Shown piece after piece: positions 42,223 to 52,837 of a DNA stretch of 64,000 nt. A model generated the notes under the pieces. It did not search any database and had not been told where the DNA came from. It saw only the letters and a list, made by a program, of their open reading frames with translations. Source of the DNA: an uncultured Rickettsiales bacterium (GTDB lineage Bacteria > Pseudomonadota > Alphaproteobacteria > Rs-D84); NCBI GenBank assembly GCA_900550565.1, contig URSG01000003.1, positions 287 to 64,286 on the forward strand, read 5' to 3'. The position numbers were made by a program, and so were the translations under genes. Each line of letters opens with the position of its first letter. The first letter of the stretch is position 1.

Positions 42223-45200
42223 ATGGCAGTTATCCAGAAATTTAGAAAATCTTTTGGAAAAAGTTTTTTGCAAACTCCGCTTCCTGATCTGGTTGAAATT
42301 CAATATAATTCATACAAAGAGTTTTTACAGGCTGATGTAGAACCGCAGAACCGTAAAAATATTGGTCTGCAAAACGTGTTCTCGTCCATGTTCCCAATCA
42401 AAGACTATGCCGGCATTGCCGACCTGGAATTTGTGGAATACACGTTGGACAAACCTGTGTATAACGTAAAAGAATGCATGCTGCGTAATATGACATATTC
42501 CAGCAAGCTGAAACTGAAGCTGAGATTGATTTTATGGGATATCGCCGAAGACGGCAAAAAAACGTTGCGCGATATCAAAGAACAAGAAATATTTATGGGC
42601 GAAGTGCCGTTGATGACTGAACGCGGCAGCTTTATCGCATCGGGCGTTGAACGTGTTATTGTTTCCCAGATGCATCGCGCCCAAGGTGTCGTTTTTGCAA
42701 CCACCAAAGAAGCAAAAATCGCTGGCAACCCAGTCACATACACCGCGCGTATTATCCCAGAACACGGCAGTTGGATTGATTTTGAAGAAGCCAAGGGCGT
42801 TATCTATGTCCGTATTGACCGCCGTCGCAAGGTTCCGGCAACTGTGTTGTTGCGTTGTCTGCCGGCCGCCGAAGATGAAAAGAAATTCGCCGCTGACCCA
42901 CGCAAGTCAACAATTCGTGGTATGAGTGATACTGAAATCTTGTCGGCGTTTTATAACCGTATTCCGTTAAAGTTTGACGGCAAATTGTGGGCGGGCGAAA
43001 CCGCGGCATTCGCAGGATTGGATAAATATCGTTTGAACTATGATTTAATCAATCCAAAAGACAAAAAAGTCTTGGCGTCCAAGGGCGACCGTCTGAACGC
43101 AAAACGTATGACAAAAATCACGGCTGCGTCTAAACAGTTTGGTATTTTGCCAGAATCATTGATTGGCGAATATCTGTTTGACCCGATTATGTCCGGGGAC
43201 GAGGTTGTATTCCAATCTGGCACCGAAATCACCGAAGAAGTTTTGTCTGATTTGGACAAGATGGGTGTCAAAGAATTGTCATTGATTGCGATTGATAATG
43301 CAACAATCACCGCGCATATCCGCAATACGCTGGTTGCAGATAAAACAACCAATCGCGAAGAAGCGTTGATAGAAGTTTATAACATTATTCGTCCGGGTGA
43401 ACGTCCAACACTGGAAGCGGCAATCAATTTGTTCCTGCGCCAGGGATTTGACGCGGCGTTCTATGATTTGTCGGCGGTTGGTCGTTTCAAGATGAACAAG
43501 CGTTTGAAAATTGATTCTGGTAAAAAGCCCGAAGATGAACGTTTGCTGACAAAGTCTGACTTCTTGGCGGTGTTGAAAACACTGACAAACATTATTGACC
43601 ACAAAGACACGGTTGATGATATTGATAATCTGTCAAATCGTCGCGTGCGTGCGGTTGGTGAATTGCTGGAACAGAATTTCCGCACAGGTATGGTTCGTAT
43701 TGAACGTCTGGTTCGCGAAAGCCTGTCGTCACCAAACATTGCAAATATGCAACCCCAAGATGTTATCAATGTAAAACCGTTGATGTCGCTGATTGCAGAA
43801 TTCTTGGGAACGTCCCAGTTGTCCCAGTTTATGGACGCGTATAATCCGTTGTCTGAATTGGAACACAAACGCCGTATTTCTGCGTTGGGACCAGGGGGAT
43901 TAAATCGTGAACGTGCCGGCATTGATGTCCGCGACGTTCATCCGACACATTATGGTCGTCTGTGCCCAATTCACACACCCGAAGGTGCAAATATTGGTCT
44001 GATAAATCACTTGGCGACGTATGCGCGTGTCAACCCATACGGATTTATTGAAACACCATATTACGTTGTTGAAAATGGTCGTGTCACAGGCAAGATGATG
44101 TATCTGACCGCAGACGAAGAACTGGGACATAAAATTGCCCAGGGCAACACCCCAACAACCAAAGATGGCGCATTGGCCGAAGATATCGTGACCGCACGTG
44201 TTGACGGTGAATTTACAATGGTGCCAAAAGAAGAAATTGACTTGATTGACGTTGCCCCACGCCAGGTGGTGTCCATCGCAACTGGTTTGATTCCGTTCGT
44301 TGAAAACGACGACGCGAACCGTGCATTGATGGGTTCAAATATGCAACGCCAGGGTGTTCCATTATTGCGTGTCCAGGCACCATTGGTCGGAACGGGTATT
44401 GAACGCGAAGTGGCGCGTGATTCCCGCACGGGCAAGGTTGCAAAGCACAGCGGTATTGTTGAATCTGTGGACGCAAATCGTATTGTGGTTAAATGTATGA
44501 ACAGCCGCAATGTCGTGACCGGTGTTGATATTTACAACCTGGAAAAATTTGAACGCAGCAACAGTGAAACATTGATTCACCAAAAACCATTGGTCAAGGT
44601 TGGCGACCGTATTTCTGCGGGCGACATCATTGCCGACGGTTCGTCTATGAATTATGGTGAATTGGCGTTGGGCCGCAATGTGTTGGTCGCATTTGTGCCA
44701 TGGCGCGGTTATAACTATGAAGACGCGATTGTGATTTCTGAACGTATTTCACGCGAAGATATGTTTACATCGGTTAAAATCGTTGAAAAAGAATTCAAGG
44801 TTCGTGATACCCAGTTGGGCCCGGAAAGCTTTACACGCGACATTCCAAACGTTGGTGAAGAAGCACTGAAAAACCTGGACGAATCCGGTATCATTTACGT
44901 TGGTGCGCGCGTGAAACAGGGCGACATTTTGGTCGGTCGTGTTTCGCCGAAATCTGAAACGTTGCTGACCCCAGAAGAGGCGTTGTTGCGCAACATCTTT
45001 GGGGAAAAGGCACTGAACGTCAAGGATACATCGCTGCGCGTTGGACCAAACGAAGAAGGAACTGTTATCGGGGTGAACGTGTTGACACGTCACGGCGTCA
45101 AGAAAGACGAACGTACCCAGATGATTGAACTGCAAAAGATTGAACAAATCAACAAAGACCGCGATGAAGAAACATCTATCATTGAAAAGGGCTTTGCAGA

Positions 45201-46359
45201 CCAGGTATTCCAAATTGCCGAAGGCGAAACCATTGACGCCGGCACAGGCAGCCTGAAACCTTTTGTCGGCAAGAAATTGACCGCCGAAGTGTTTGAAGGT
45301 ATTAAACCTGCGGATATTAAAAAACTGGTTGTGCGCAACAAAGATGCCCAGGCCAAGATTGATGATTTACGCGAACAGCATATTGCAAAACTGAAAGCAT
45401 TGAACGAAAAAGCCGATGCCGAAGTTGCCAAGGCAACAGAAAGCAATTCGCTGAACGCAGGCGTCTTGAAAGAGGTCAAGGTTTATATCGCACACAAGAT
45501 GAAACTGCAACCTGGTGATAAAATGGCCGGTCGTCACGGGAACAAGGGTATCGTGTCCAAGGTTGTCCCGATTGAAGATATGCCATATATGGAAGATGGA
45601 ACACCGGTTGACATCGTTCTGAATCCGTTGGGCGTGCCGTCACGTATGAACATCGGTCAGATTTTGGAAACCCACCTTGGTATGGCAGGACGCGCACTGG
45701 GCCAGCAGATTGGCGAAGTGTTGGAAGAAGTCAAGGCGAAACGCGCCGTGACCGATGACCTGCGCGCCATTATGGGCAAGATTTACGGCAAAGAAACCGC
45801 GGATAAATTGGAAAAGATGACGGATACAGATGTCCGTGCCGAAGCTGCATTGTTGCGCGACGGCGTTCCAATGGCGACACCGACATTTGACGGTGCCACC
45901 CCAGAAGATATTCGCAGTATGCTGAAATTGGCAAAACTGCCTGAATCTGGTCAGTTCACGATGTATGACGGTATGACGGGTGAAAAGTTCGCACGTCCAG
46001 TCACAGTTGGCGTGATGTATATGATGAAACTGCATCACTTTGTTGATGAAAAGATTCACGCACGTTCAATTGGTAATTATTCGTTGGTGACACAACAGCC
46101 GTTGTCTGGTAAAGCCCACATGGGTGGCCAGCGTTTGGGTGAAATGGAAGTATGGGCATTGGAAGCACACGGTGCAGCGCACCTGCTGCGCGAAATGCTG
46201 ACTGTCAAGTCTGACGATATTGTCGGCCGTAACAAGATGTATGAAGCCATCATATCCGGCAGCAATGATATTCAGACCGGCACACCAGAAGCATTCAACG
46301 TATTCGTCCGCGAATTGCGTGGTTTGGGTCTGGCGATGACACCAAAGAAAATTGACTAA
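42223..46359 (+). CDS. rpoB: DNA-directed RNA polymerase subunit beta
   Basis: 1378 aa with conserved beta motifs (NLSNRRVRAVGELL, GRHGNKGIVSK). Start trimmed to the ATG at 42223 with an AAAAGGA RBS. Confidence 0.97.
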   Translation: MAVIQKFRKSFGKSFLQTPLPDLVEIQYNSYKEFLQADVEPQNRKNIGLQNVFSSMFPIKDYAGIADLEFVEYTLDKPVYNVKECMLRNMTYSSKLKLKLRLILWDIAEDGKKTLRDIKEQEIFMGEVPLMTERGSFIASGVERVIVSQMHRAQGVVFATTKEAKIAGNPVTYTARIIPEHGSWIDFEEAKGVIYVRIDRRRKVPATVLLRCLPAAEDEKKFAADPRKSTIRGMSDTEILSAFYNRIPLKFDGKLWAGETAAFAGLDKYRLNYDLINPKDKKVLASKGDRLNAKRMTKITAASKQFGILPESLIGEYLFDPIMSGDEVVFQSGTEITEEVLSDLDKMGVKELSLIAIDNATITAHIRNTLVADKTTNREEALIEVYNIIRPGERPTLEAAINLFLRQGFDAAFYDLSAVGRFKMNKRLKIDSGKKPEDERLLTKSDFLAVLKTLTNIIDHKDTVDDIDNLSNRRVRAVGELLEQNFRTGMVRIERLVRESLSSPNIANMQPQDVINVKPLMSLIAEFLGTSQLSQFMDAYNPLSELEHKRRISALGPGGLNRERAGIDVRDVHPTHYGRLCPIHTPEGANIGLINHLATYARVNPYGFIETPYYVVENGRVTGKMMYLTADEELGHKIAQGNTPTTKDGALAEDIVTARVDGEFTMVPKEEIDLIDVAPRQVVSIATGLIPFVENDDANRALMGSNMQRQGVPLLRVQAPLVGTGIEREVARDSRTGKVAKHSGIVESVDANRIVVKCMNSRNVVTGVDIYNLEKFERSNSETLIHQKPLVKVGDRISAGDIIADGSSMNYGELALGRNVLVAFVPWRGYNYEDAIVISERISREDMFTSVKIVEKEFKVRDTQLGPESFTRDIPNVGEEALKNLDESGIIYVGARVKQGDILVGRVSPKSETLLTPEEALLRNIFGEKALNVKDTSLRVGPNEEGTVIGVNVLTRHGVKKDERTQMIELQKIEQINKDRDEETSIIEKGFADQVFQIAEGETIDAGTGSLKPFVGKKLTAEVFEGIKPADIKKLVVRNKDAQAKIDDLREQHIAKLKALNEKADAEVAKATESNSLNAGVLKEVKVYIAHKMKLQPGDKMAGRHGNKGIVSKVVPIEDMPYMEDGTPVDIVLNPLGVPSRMNIGQILETHLGMAGRALGQQIGEVLEEVKAKRAVTDDLRAIMGKIYGKETADKLEKMTDTDVRAEAALLRDGVPMATPTFDGATPEDIRSMLKLAKLPESGQFTMYDGMTGEKFARPVTVGVMYMMKLHHFVDEKIHARSIGNYSLVTQQPLSGKAHMGGQRLGEMEVWALEAHGAAHLLREMLTVKSDDIVGRNKMYEAIISGSNDIQTGTPEAFNVFVRELRGLGLAMTPKKID

Positions 46360-46434
46360 GAAATCCAGCCGTGACGGTGCAGTCACTGTCACGGCAAAAG
46401 CATTTTGAACAGCGACTTGAAAGGAGCAAAATTT

Positions 46435-49400
46435 ATGACCAATATGTTGCAGAAGATTTTCGGACAAATTGAAACCAAGGAACAGTTTGACGCACTGCGC
46501 ATCACCATCGCGTCCCCAGAAGAAATTCTGTCCTGGTCCCACGGCGAGGTAAAAAAGCCCGAAACTATCAACTATCACTCTTTGAAACCAGAAGCAGAAG
46601 GCTTGTTCTGCCAGCAGATTTTTGGTCCGGTCAAAGATTATGAATGTGCATGCGGAAAATATAAAAGAATTAAATTCCGTGGCGTTGTTTGCGAACGTTG
46701 TGGGGTTGAAGTTGGTTCTTCGTCCGTTCGTCGTGAACGTATGGGACACATCAAACTGGCGATGCCGGTTGCACACACGTGGTTCCTGCGCGAAGGTAAA
46801 ATTGCCACATTGTTGAACAATCTGCCCCAGAAAAAATTGGAACAGGTTATTTCGTATGACGCGTATATCGTTATTGAACCGGGTTTAACAAACTTGAAAC
46901 AATACGACGTCATCAGCGAAGATGAATATCAAAACGCCGTTGAAGAATTTGGCCCAGACGCGTTCCGCGTTGGTATCGGTGCCGAAGGGGTGCGCAGCAT
47001 CATCGCAAATCTGGATATGGGCGATGAACGGACACGTTTGCGCGCAGAATTGGCGGAAACAAAATCCGAAGCAAAACGCAAGGGTTTAATCAAACAATTA
47101 AAACTGGTTGAAGCGTTCTTGGATTCTAAAACAGAACCGGCGTGGATGTTGCCGGATATTATCCCTGTGATTCCACCAGATATGCGTCCGTTGGTCACAT
47201 TGGACGCCGGACACGTTGCGGCATCTGACCTGAACGATTTGTATCGTCGCGTTATTATCCGTAATAATCGTCTGAAAAGATTTATTGAAATGCACGCGCC
47301 AGACATCATTGTCCGCAATGAAAAGCGTATGTTGCAAGAAGCCGTTGATTCATTGTTTGACAATGGACACAAGGCACGCCCAATGGTTTCTCAGAACCGT
47401 CGTCCGTTGAAATCACTGTCTGATTCACTGCGCGGTAAATCGGGTCGTTTCCGTATGAATATGTTGGGTAAACGTGTGGACTATTCTGGACGTAGCGTTA
47501 TTGTGTCTGGGCCATCACTGAAATTGCACCAGGTTGGTTTGCCCAAGACAATGGCGTTGGAATTGTTTAAACCGTTCGTGTATGCGCGTCTGTTGGCAGG
47601 TGATTATGCAAACACATTGAAAACCGCACGCAAGATGGTTGAAAACGGCGAAGATGTTGTGTGGGAAATCCTGGAAAAGGTTATTTACCAGCACCCAGTT
47701 CTGTTGAACCGTGCGCCGTCATTGCACCGTCTGTCATTGTTGGCGTTTGAACCCGTTTTGATAGAAGGCAAGGCAATCCGTCTGCACCCATTGGTCTGCA
47801 AGGGATTCAATGCTGACTTTGACGGTGACCAGATGTCTGTACACGTTCCTATTTCATTAGAGGCGCAATTAGAAGCGCGTACATTGATGTTGTCTTCTAA
47901 TAACGTATTGTCGCCTGCAAATGGTGAACCAATGATTGTTCCGGCCCAGGACATGGTTTTGGGTGTCTATTATATTTCGTTGATTGATGGCGAACACACG
48001 GATAAATCACCGCGCTTTGCCGATATGGACGAAGTGAAAATGGCGTTGGAAAATCATTCCATTACATTGCACACGCCAATCGTTGCGCGTATCAACGGCA
48101 AGATTTATAAAACAACAGCAGGCCGTATGATTTTGGGCGAATTGTTGCCGAAATCAGACAAAATGCCGTTTGACCTGGTGAACAAGGTTATGCCGGTCAA
48201 GGAAATCAAGGCACTGTTGGCGACAACGTATGAACGTTGCGGCGACAAGGCGATGATTATGCTGGCGGATAATCTGAAAAATACCGGATTTGAACAAGCG
48301 GCACGCAGTGGTATTTCAATCGGGTTTGATGACATCATTATTCCAGATGAAAAGAAAAATATGATTGCCAGTGCTGAAAAAGCGGCCGAAGAAATTGAAT
48401 CGCAATACCAGAACGGTTTGCTGTCTGGCGGTGAACGTCACAACAAACTGATTGACCTGTGGCAGAAAACAACCGATAAACTGGGTGACTTGGCGTATGC
48501 TGCGCTGGGCAAAACGACCGGTGAAAATTGGAATTCTGTTTTGATGATGGCGTTGTCTGGGGCGCGTGGTTCTAAACGTCAGATTCAGCAGTTGGCTGGT
48601 ATGCGTGGTATGATGCAGAAACCAGACGGTTCTATTATTGAAGTTCCGATTATTTCCAACTTTAAAGAAGGTCTGACTATGTCTGAATACTTTACGTCCA
48701 CCCACGGTGCGCGCAAAGGTATGTCGGACACGGCGTTGAAAACTGCGTCGGCTGGTTATCTGACACGTCGTTTGGTTGAATTGTCGCAAAACACAGTTAT
48801 TACTGAACACGATTGCGGAACCACAGAATTCATTACTGCAAAACCTGTGTACCAGGGTTCAACCCTGTCGGTTGCGCTGGGTGATGTGGTGTTGGGACGC
48901 ACAGCAGCACACGATATTGTTCACCCAATTACCAAGGAAGTTATCGTTCCAGCCGGTGAATTGATTACCAAAACAGCGGCCAAGCAAATCAATGAATCTG
49001 GTTTGCCGTCGGTTGATGTGCGCAGTGTTCTGACGTGTTGCAGTGACGGTCTGTGTGCAAAATGCTATGGTATGGATTTGTCGCGTAATGCGCTGGTTCA
49101 CGTTGGCGAAGCGGTCGGCGTTATCGCTGGTCAGTCCATTGGTGAACCTGGGACCCAGTTGACGCTGCGAACATTCCACATTGGTGGTGTTGCGGCTGGT
49201 GGTACGGAAAATCACTTTATAGAAGTGCCGGTGGCTGGTAAAATCAAACTGACAGGTGTGAATACAATTAAAAACACATCTGGACGTGTTGTTGTCCTGT
49301 CGCGTAATGGCGAATTGGCCGTTGTTGATAACAAGGGTGAAACGTTATTCTCGTGCGGGTTGCCGTATGCGGCGATGCTGATTGTCAACGATGGCGACGC

Positions 49401-50544
49401 GGTTGAAAAGGGTGCCAAGGTTGCAGAATGGGATCCATATTCCAACACAATCATCGCTGAAAAAGATGGTATCGTCAGTTTCAATGACCTGGTTGAAAAC
49501 GTATCATACCAGGAAGAAGTTGATTCTATGACTGGCATCACCTCGCGCAAGGTTATCAACTGGAAAGCGAACACCAAAAAGGCATTGCAACCGGCAATCC
49601 GCCTGGTTGACGCAAACGGCAATATCATTTCGTTGGGTGGGAAAAAGATTGCAGAATATATGCTGCCGATGTATTCGGTTCTGAACGTTGCAAACGGTGC
49701 AACCGTTGTGGCGGGCGATGTTCTGGCACGTATCCCGGTCCAGGCGAAAAAGACGGGCGATATTACCGGCGGTCTGCCACGTGTTGAAGAATTATTGGAA
49801 GTGCGCCGTCCATCTAACCCGGCATTGCTGGCGGAAATTGACGGAACGGTTGAATTGGAAGATGCAAAATCCAAAATCATCATTCGCATTGACCCAGAAG
49901 ATGGCACCGCACCGGTTGAATATGCAGTACCAAAGGGAACAAACCTGTTGGTGCGCAGTGGCGACGTTGTTCGCAAAGCGGACAAGTTGGTTGATGGTGA
50001 CCCAGTTCCACAGGATATTTTGCGTATCTTGGGGCAAAAGGCATTGGCGACATTTATGGTTGAACAGATTCAACAGGTTTATCGCTTGCAGGGTGTGGTC
50101 ATCAACGACAAGCATATTGAAATTCTGATACGTGAAATGACACGTCGTGTTGAAATCACAAATCCGGGCGATACGGGCTTCTTGATGGGCCAGGTTGTTG
50201 ACCGTGTTGATTTTGAAGAAGAAAATGCACGTGTTGCACACGATGGCGGCAAAGTGGCCGAGGCATCACAGGTCTTGGTTGGTTTGACCCGTGCATCATT
50301 GACATCACGTTCGTTTATATCAAACGCGTCGTTCCAACAGACAACCAAGGTATTGGTTGACGCTGCAATCAGCGGTGCAACGGATAAACTGGTTGGTATC
50401 AATGAAAACCTGATTGTTGGTCGTCTGATTCCAATCGGCACAGGGGCCTATGTCCGCCGTGTCCGTGAAATCGCCAAGGCCGAAGAACGCGAAGAACGTT
50501 TGGCACGCGAAGGAAACACCCAGCAACAGTTGTTGGATATCTAG
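46435..50544 (+). CDS. rpoC: DNA-directed RNA polymerase subunit beta'
   Basis: 1369 aa with a zinc site (CACGKYKRIKFRGVVCERCGVEV) and the catalytic NADFDGDQM. Start trimmed to the ATG at 46435 with an AAGGAG RBS. Confidence 0.97.
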   Translation: MTNMLQKIFGQIETKEQFDALRITIASPEEILSWSHGEVKKPETINYHSLKPEAEGLFCQQIFGPVKDYECACGKYKRIKFRGVVCERCGVEVGSSSVRRERMGHIKLAMPVAHTWFLREGKIATLLNNLPQKKLEQVISYDAYIVIEPGLTNLKQYDVISEDEYQNAVEEFGPDAFRVGIGAEGVRSIIANLDMGDERTRLRAELAETKSEAKRKGLIKQLKLVEAFLDSKTEPAWMLPDIIPVIPPDMRPLVTLDAGHVAASDLNDLYRRVIIRNNRLKRFIEMHAPDIIVRNEKRMLQEAVDSLFDNGHKARPMVSQNRRPLKSLSDSLRGKSGRFRMNMLGKRVDYSGRSVIVSGPSLKLHQVGLPKTMALELFKPFVYARLLAGDYANTLKTARKMVENGEDVVWEILEKVIYQHPVLLNRAPSLHRLSLLAFEPVLIEGKAIRLHPLVCKGFNADFDGDQMSVHVPISLEAQLEARTLMLSSNNVLSPANGEPMIVPAQDMVLGVYYISLIDGEHTDKSPRFADMDEVKMALENHSITLHTPIVARINGKIYKTTAGRMILGELLPKSDKMPFDLVNKVMPVKEIKALLATTYERCGDKAMIMLADNLKNTGFEQAARSGISIGFDDIIIPDEKKNMIASAEKAAEEIESQYQNGLLSGGERHNKLIDLWQKTTDKLGDLAYAALGKTTGENWNSVLMMALSGARGSKRQIQQLAGMRGMMQKPDGSIIEVPIISNFKEGLTMSEYFTSTHGARKGMSDTALKTASAGYLTRRLVELSQNTVITEHDCGTTEFITAKPVYQGSTLSVALGDVVLGRTAAHDIVHPITKEVIVPAGELITKTAAKQINESGLPSVDVRSVLTCCSDGLCAKCYGMDLSRNALVHVGEAVGVIAGQSIGEPGTQLTLRTFHIGGVAAGGTENHFIEVPVAGKIKLTGVNTIKNTSGRVVVLSRNGELAVVDNKGETLFSCGLPYAAMLIVNDGDAVEKGAKVAEWDPYSNTIIAEKDGIVSFNDLVENVSYQEEVDSMTGITSRKVINWKANTKKALQPAIRLVDANGNIISLGGKKIAEYMLPMYSVLNVANGATVVAGDVLARIPVQAKKTGDITGGLPRVEELLEVRRPSNPALLAEIDGTVELEDAKSKIIIRIDPEDGTAPVEYAVPKGTNLLVRSGDVVRKADKLVDGDPVPQDILRILGQKALATFMVEQIQQVYRLQGVVINDKHIEILIREMTRRVEITNPGDTGFLMGQVVDRVDFEEENARVAHDGGKVAEASQVLVGLTRASLTSRSFISNASFQQTTKVLVDAAISGATDKLVGINENLIVGRLIPIGTGAYVRRVREIAKAEEREERLAREGNTQQQLLDI

Positions 50545-50582
50545 TCAATATTCCGGGGCGTGTTGCGCCCCGGATACATAAA

Positions 50583-50987
50583 ATGCCAATGACAGAAATA
50601 CCGGCAATCTTTTGTGACATAGATGGTGTGGTGAATAAAAAATTCGCTATTGCCAACTATGACCGTTTCGGTGAACCGAATCCTAATATGATACGTGTTT
50701 TAGAAACACTGGGACGGGATTTCACGATTGTCTTTATTACTGGGCGTTGGGCCATGGGTCAGAACAAGGTTCAGCAACATATTGACGCATTGTTGCCGAA
50801 CATCAAAAAACGCGTATTCTGCAAGCCGCATGATTATCCTGGCACAACCGCAGAATTCAAATTGGCAACGATTGTCGCACTGGAACAACAGGGATATAAA
50901 TTCTATATGGGGCTGGACGACCACAGCGCGGTTATCGGTCTGATGCATAATCACGGTATGTTTGTCGCCCAGGTAATATCGGATTAA
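50583..50987 (+). CDS. small HAD-superfamily phosphatase-like protein
   Basis: 134 aa with DIDGVV (motif I), FITGR (motif II) and GLDDH (motif IV-like). Confidence 0.5.
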   Translation: MPMTEIPAIFCDIDGVVNKKFAIANYDRFGEPNPNMIRVLETLGRDFTIVFITGRWAMGQNKVQQHIDALLPNIKKRVFCKPHDYPGTTAEFKLATIVALEQQGYKFYMGLDDHSAVIGLMHNHGMFVAQVISD

Positions 50988-51053
50988 AGTTTTCCTTGCA
51001 TTTGCAAAGGATTTTAATAAAATATCAAATTGTAAATTAAAAAGGATAGTAAA

Positions 51054-51203
51054 ATGGCAACGCCAAAAAGCAAAACAAGTAAAGCACGTACAGCACAACG
51101 TCGTTCACATGACGCATTGTCCATTATGCCATGCACAGTATGCAAGGCCTGTGGCGAAAAGAAACGTCCACATCACGTTTGCCCAGCGTGTGGTGCAAAA
51201 TAA
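51054..51203 (+). CDS. rpmF: 50S ribosomal protein L32
   Basis: Not in the ORF track (49 aa). Hand translation is MATPKSKTSKARTAQRRSHDALSIMPCTVCKACGEKKRPHHVCPACGAK. AAAGGA RBS upstream; precedes plsX as usual. Confidence 0.9.
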   Translation: MATPKSKTSKARTAQRRSHDALSIMPCTVCKACGEKKRPHHVCPACGAK

Positions 51204-51281
51204 TTATGGCACAGAAAATATAAAAGGCAGATTTGGCGCACTGTTTTGTGCCACTCTGCTTTTTTAATATGAAAAAATATC

Positions 51282-52358
51282 ATGACAGACACAAATACGA
51301 AAAAGATAATTTCCGTTGATGCGATGGGTGGGGACAAAGGCCCCAAGGCTGTCCTGGGCGGTATGAATCAATTCCTGTATCAAAATGGCGAGGACAAGGT
51401 TGCGTTTCGTCTGTTTGGGGATTCTGCACGTCTGAAACGTATGTTGGCAAAATATCCGCGCGTGGCGCGTAATTGCACGGTTGTGCATGCGCCTGGGGTT
51501 GTGCGTGGCACGGACAAGGTTCGTGATGTTATTCGTCACGCCCAGGATACGTCAATGTATATGGCAATCAAAGATGTCCGCGAAGGAAACGCGTCCGCCG
51601 TCGTCAGCGCGGGAAATACTGGTATTTTGATGTCGCTGTCTAAACTGATGTTGAAAACGACCGCGGGTATTTCGCGCCCGGCGATTACAACAATGTTGCC
51701 ATCGGGGGGCGGTGATTCACGCGTTGTTGTGTTGGATTTAGGGGCAAATGTCCAGTGTGATGAAACGATTTTGTTTGATTTCTCGGTTCTGGGCAGTGTT
51801 TATGCCGAGATTATCGGTAAAATGCCACGCCCGAAATTAGGTGTGTTGAATATCGGTGCCGAAGATACCAAGGGCAACGAAACTCTGCAACACTTGAATC
51901 GCGTTTTAACCGAACACCGTGATGAATTGCCGTATGAATACATCGGTTTCGTAGAAGGAAACGATATCAGCGGTGGCACCGTCCAGGTTGTTGTGACAGA
52001 CGGATTTACCGGCAACATCGTATTAAAAACAGTAGAAGGCACGGCAAAACTGATAAAGCGTGTTCTGGTTGATAATTTCAAGAAATCAATTTTGGCGATG
52101 ATTGGCGCGTTTTTCTTGGTTCACGTGTTCAAGCGTCTGAAACACAAGATTGACCCACGTTCGTATGCCGGCGCAGTATTTTTGGGACTGCAAGGTTTTG
52201 CGGTAAAAACCCACGGCAACAGTGATGCGTTGGCATTTGCCAATGCGCTGAAATATGCCGCCGATTTGACCGAGGCAAACCTGAACGACGCAATCGCGGC
52301 GCGCGCAGCAGCGGTCACAAAAATTCGTGACGAGTTTAAAATAGTGGCAGAACAATAA
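51282..52358 (+). CDS. plsX: phosphate acyltransferase PlsX
   Basis: ISVDAMGGDKGP N-terminus and VVTDGFTGNIVLKT. Confidence 0.95.
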   Translation: MTDTNTKKIISVDAMGGDKGPKAVLGGMNQFLYQNGEDKVAFRLFGDSARLKRMLAKYPRVARNCTVVHAPGVVRGTDKVRDVIRHAQDTSMYMAIKDVREGNASAVVSAGNTGILMSLSKLMLKTTAGISRPAITTMLPSGGGDSRVVVLDLGANVQCDETILFDFSVLGSVYAEIIGKMPRPKLGVLNIGAEDTKGNETLQHLNRVLTEHRDELPYEYIGFVEGNDISGGTVQVVVTDGFTGNIVLKTVEGTAKLIKRVLVDNFKKSILAMIGAFFLVHVFKRLKHKIDPRSYAGAVFLGLQGFAVKTHGNSDALAFANALKYAADLTEANLNDAIAARAAAVTKIRDEFKIVAEQ

Positions 52359-52387
52359 AAAATACCGGCGATTGCCGGTATTTTTTT
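52357..52387. terminator. bidirectional rho-independent terminator between plsX and mraZ
   Basis: Stem TACCGGC/GCCGGTA flanked by A6 and T7. Confidence 0.75.
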
Positions 52388-52835
52388 ATTCCCCGATTTT
52401 CAGGTTTGGGCGCGTGGCACGCAGGTTTTTCAGCGACTGTTCCTGGGCCGCGCGGAATGCGTCTGGATTCCAGATTTGAAAACTGTTTCCGCGACCGACG
52501 AATATTGCGCGGTCTGTGATACCGGCGTGCTGTAATAAATCCGATGGAATAACAATGCGGCCGGTCACATCAAATGCCAGTTGGCGTGCGTCTGCGAACA
52601 GCATTGCCGATAAATCGTCCAGCGCGTCATCAAACACGCCCATTTTATCGGTCGCGGCGGCCATTTGTTCCATACGGGACATAGATAATCCCTCTATGCA
52701 ATTATGGGTAAAAGAACGATATAAAACGACGCCAGGAAACTTTTCATTGGACACCGAAGCACGGAAAGAGGCCGGCACAGAAATCCGCCCCTTGGTATCC
52801 AAACGATTTTCATAAGATGAGAGAAACAATGACAT
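52386..52835 (-). CDS. mraZ: transcriptional regulator MraZ
   Basis: 149 aa. RLDTKGRISVPASFR and a second SpoVT-AbrB repeat (DVTGRIVIPSDL). Confidence 0.9.
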   Translation of the reverse strand: MSLFLSSYENRLDTKGRISVPASFRASVSNEKFPGVVLYRSFTHNCIEGLSMSRMEQMAAATDKMGVFDDALDDLSAMLFADARQLAFDVTGRIVIPSDLLQHAGITDRAIFVGRGNSFQIWNPDAFRAAQEQSLKNLRATRPNLKIGE

Positions 52836-52837
52836 TT

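Noticed and set aside
46066-46776. 236-aa minus-strand ORF across the rpoB/rpoC junction, together with 49212..49985 (257 aa), 41049..41576, 41709..42224 and similar ORFs.
   Set aside because: They are antisense shadows of very highly conserved ribosomal-protein and RNA polymerase genes and have no independent signals.
50552-50574. Hairpin after rpoC considered as an intrinsic terminator feature.
   Set aside because: The 9-bp GC stem is clear but is not followed by a T-run. It may still act in termination or processing, but it was not annotated as a terminator.
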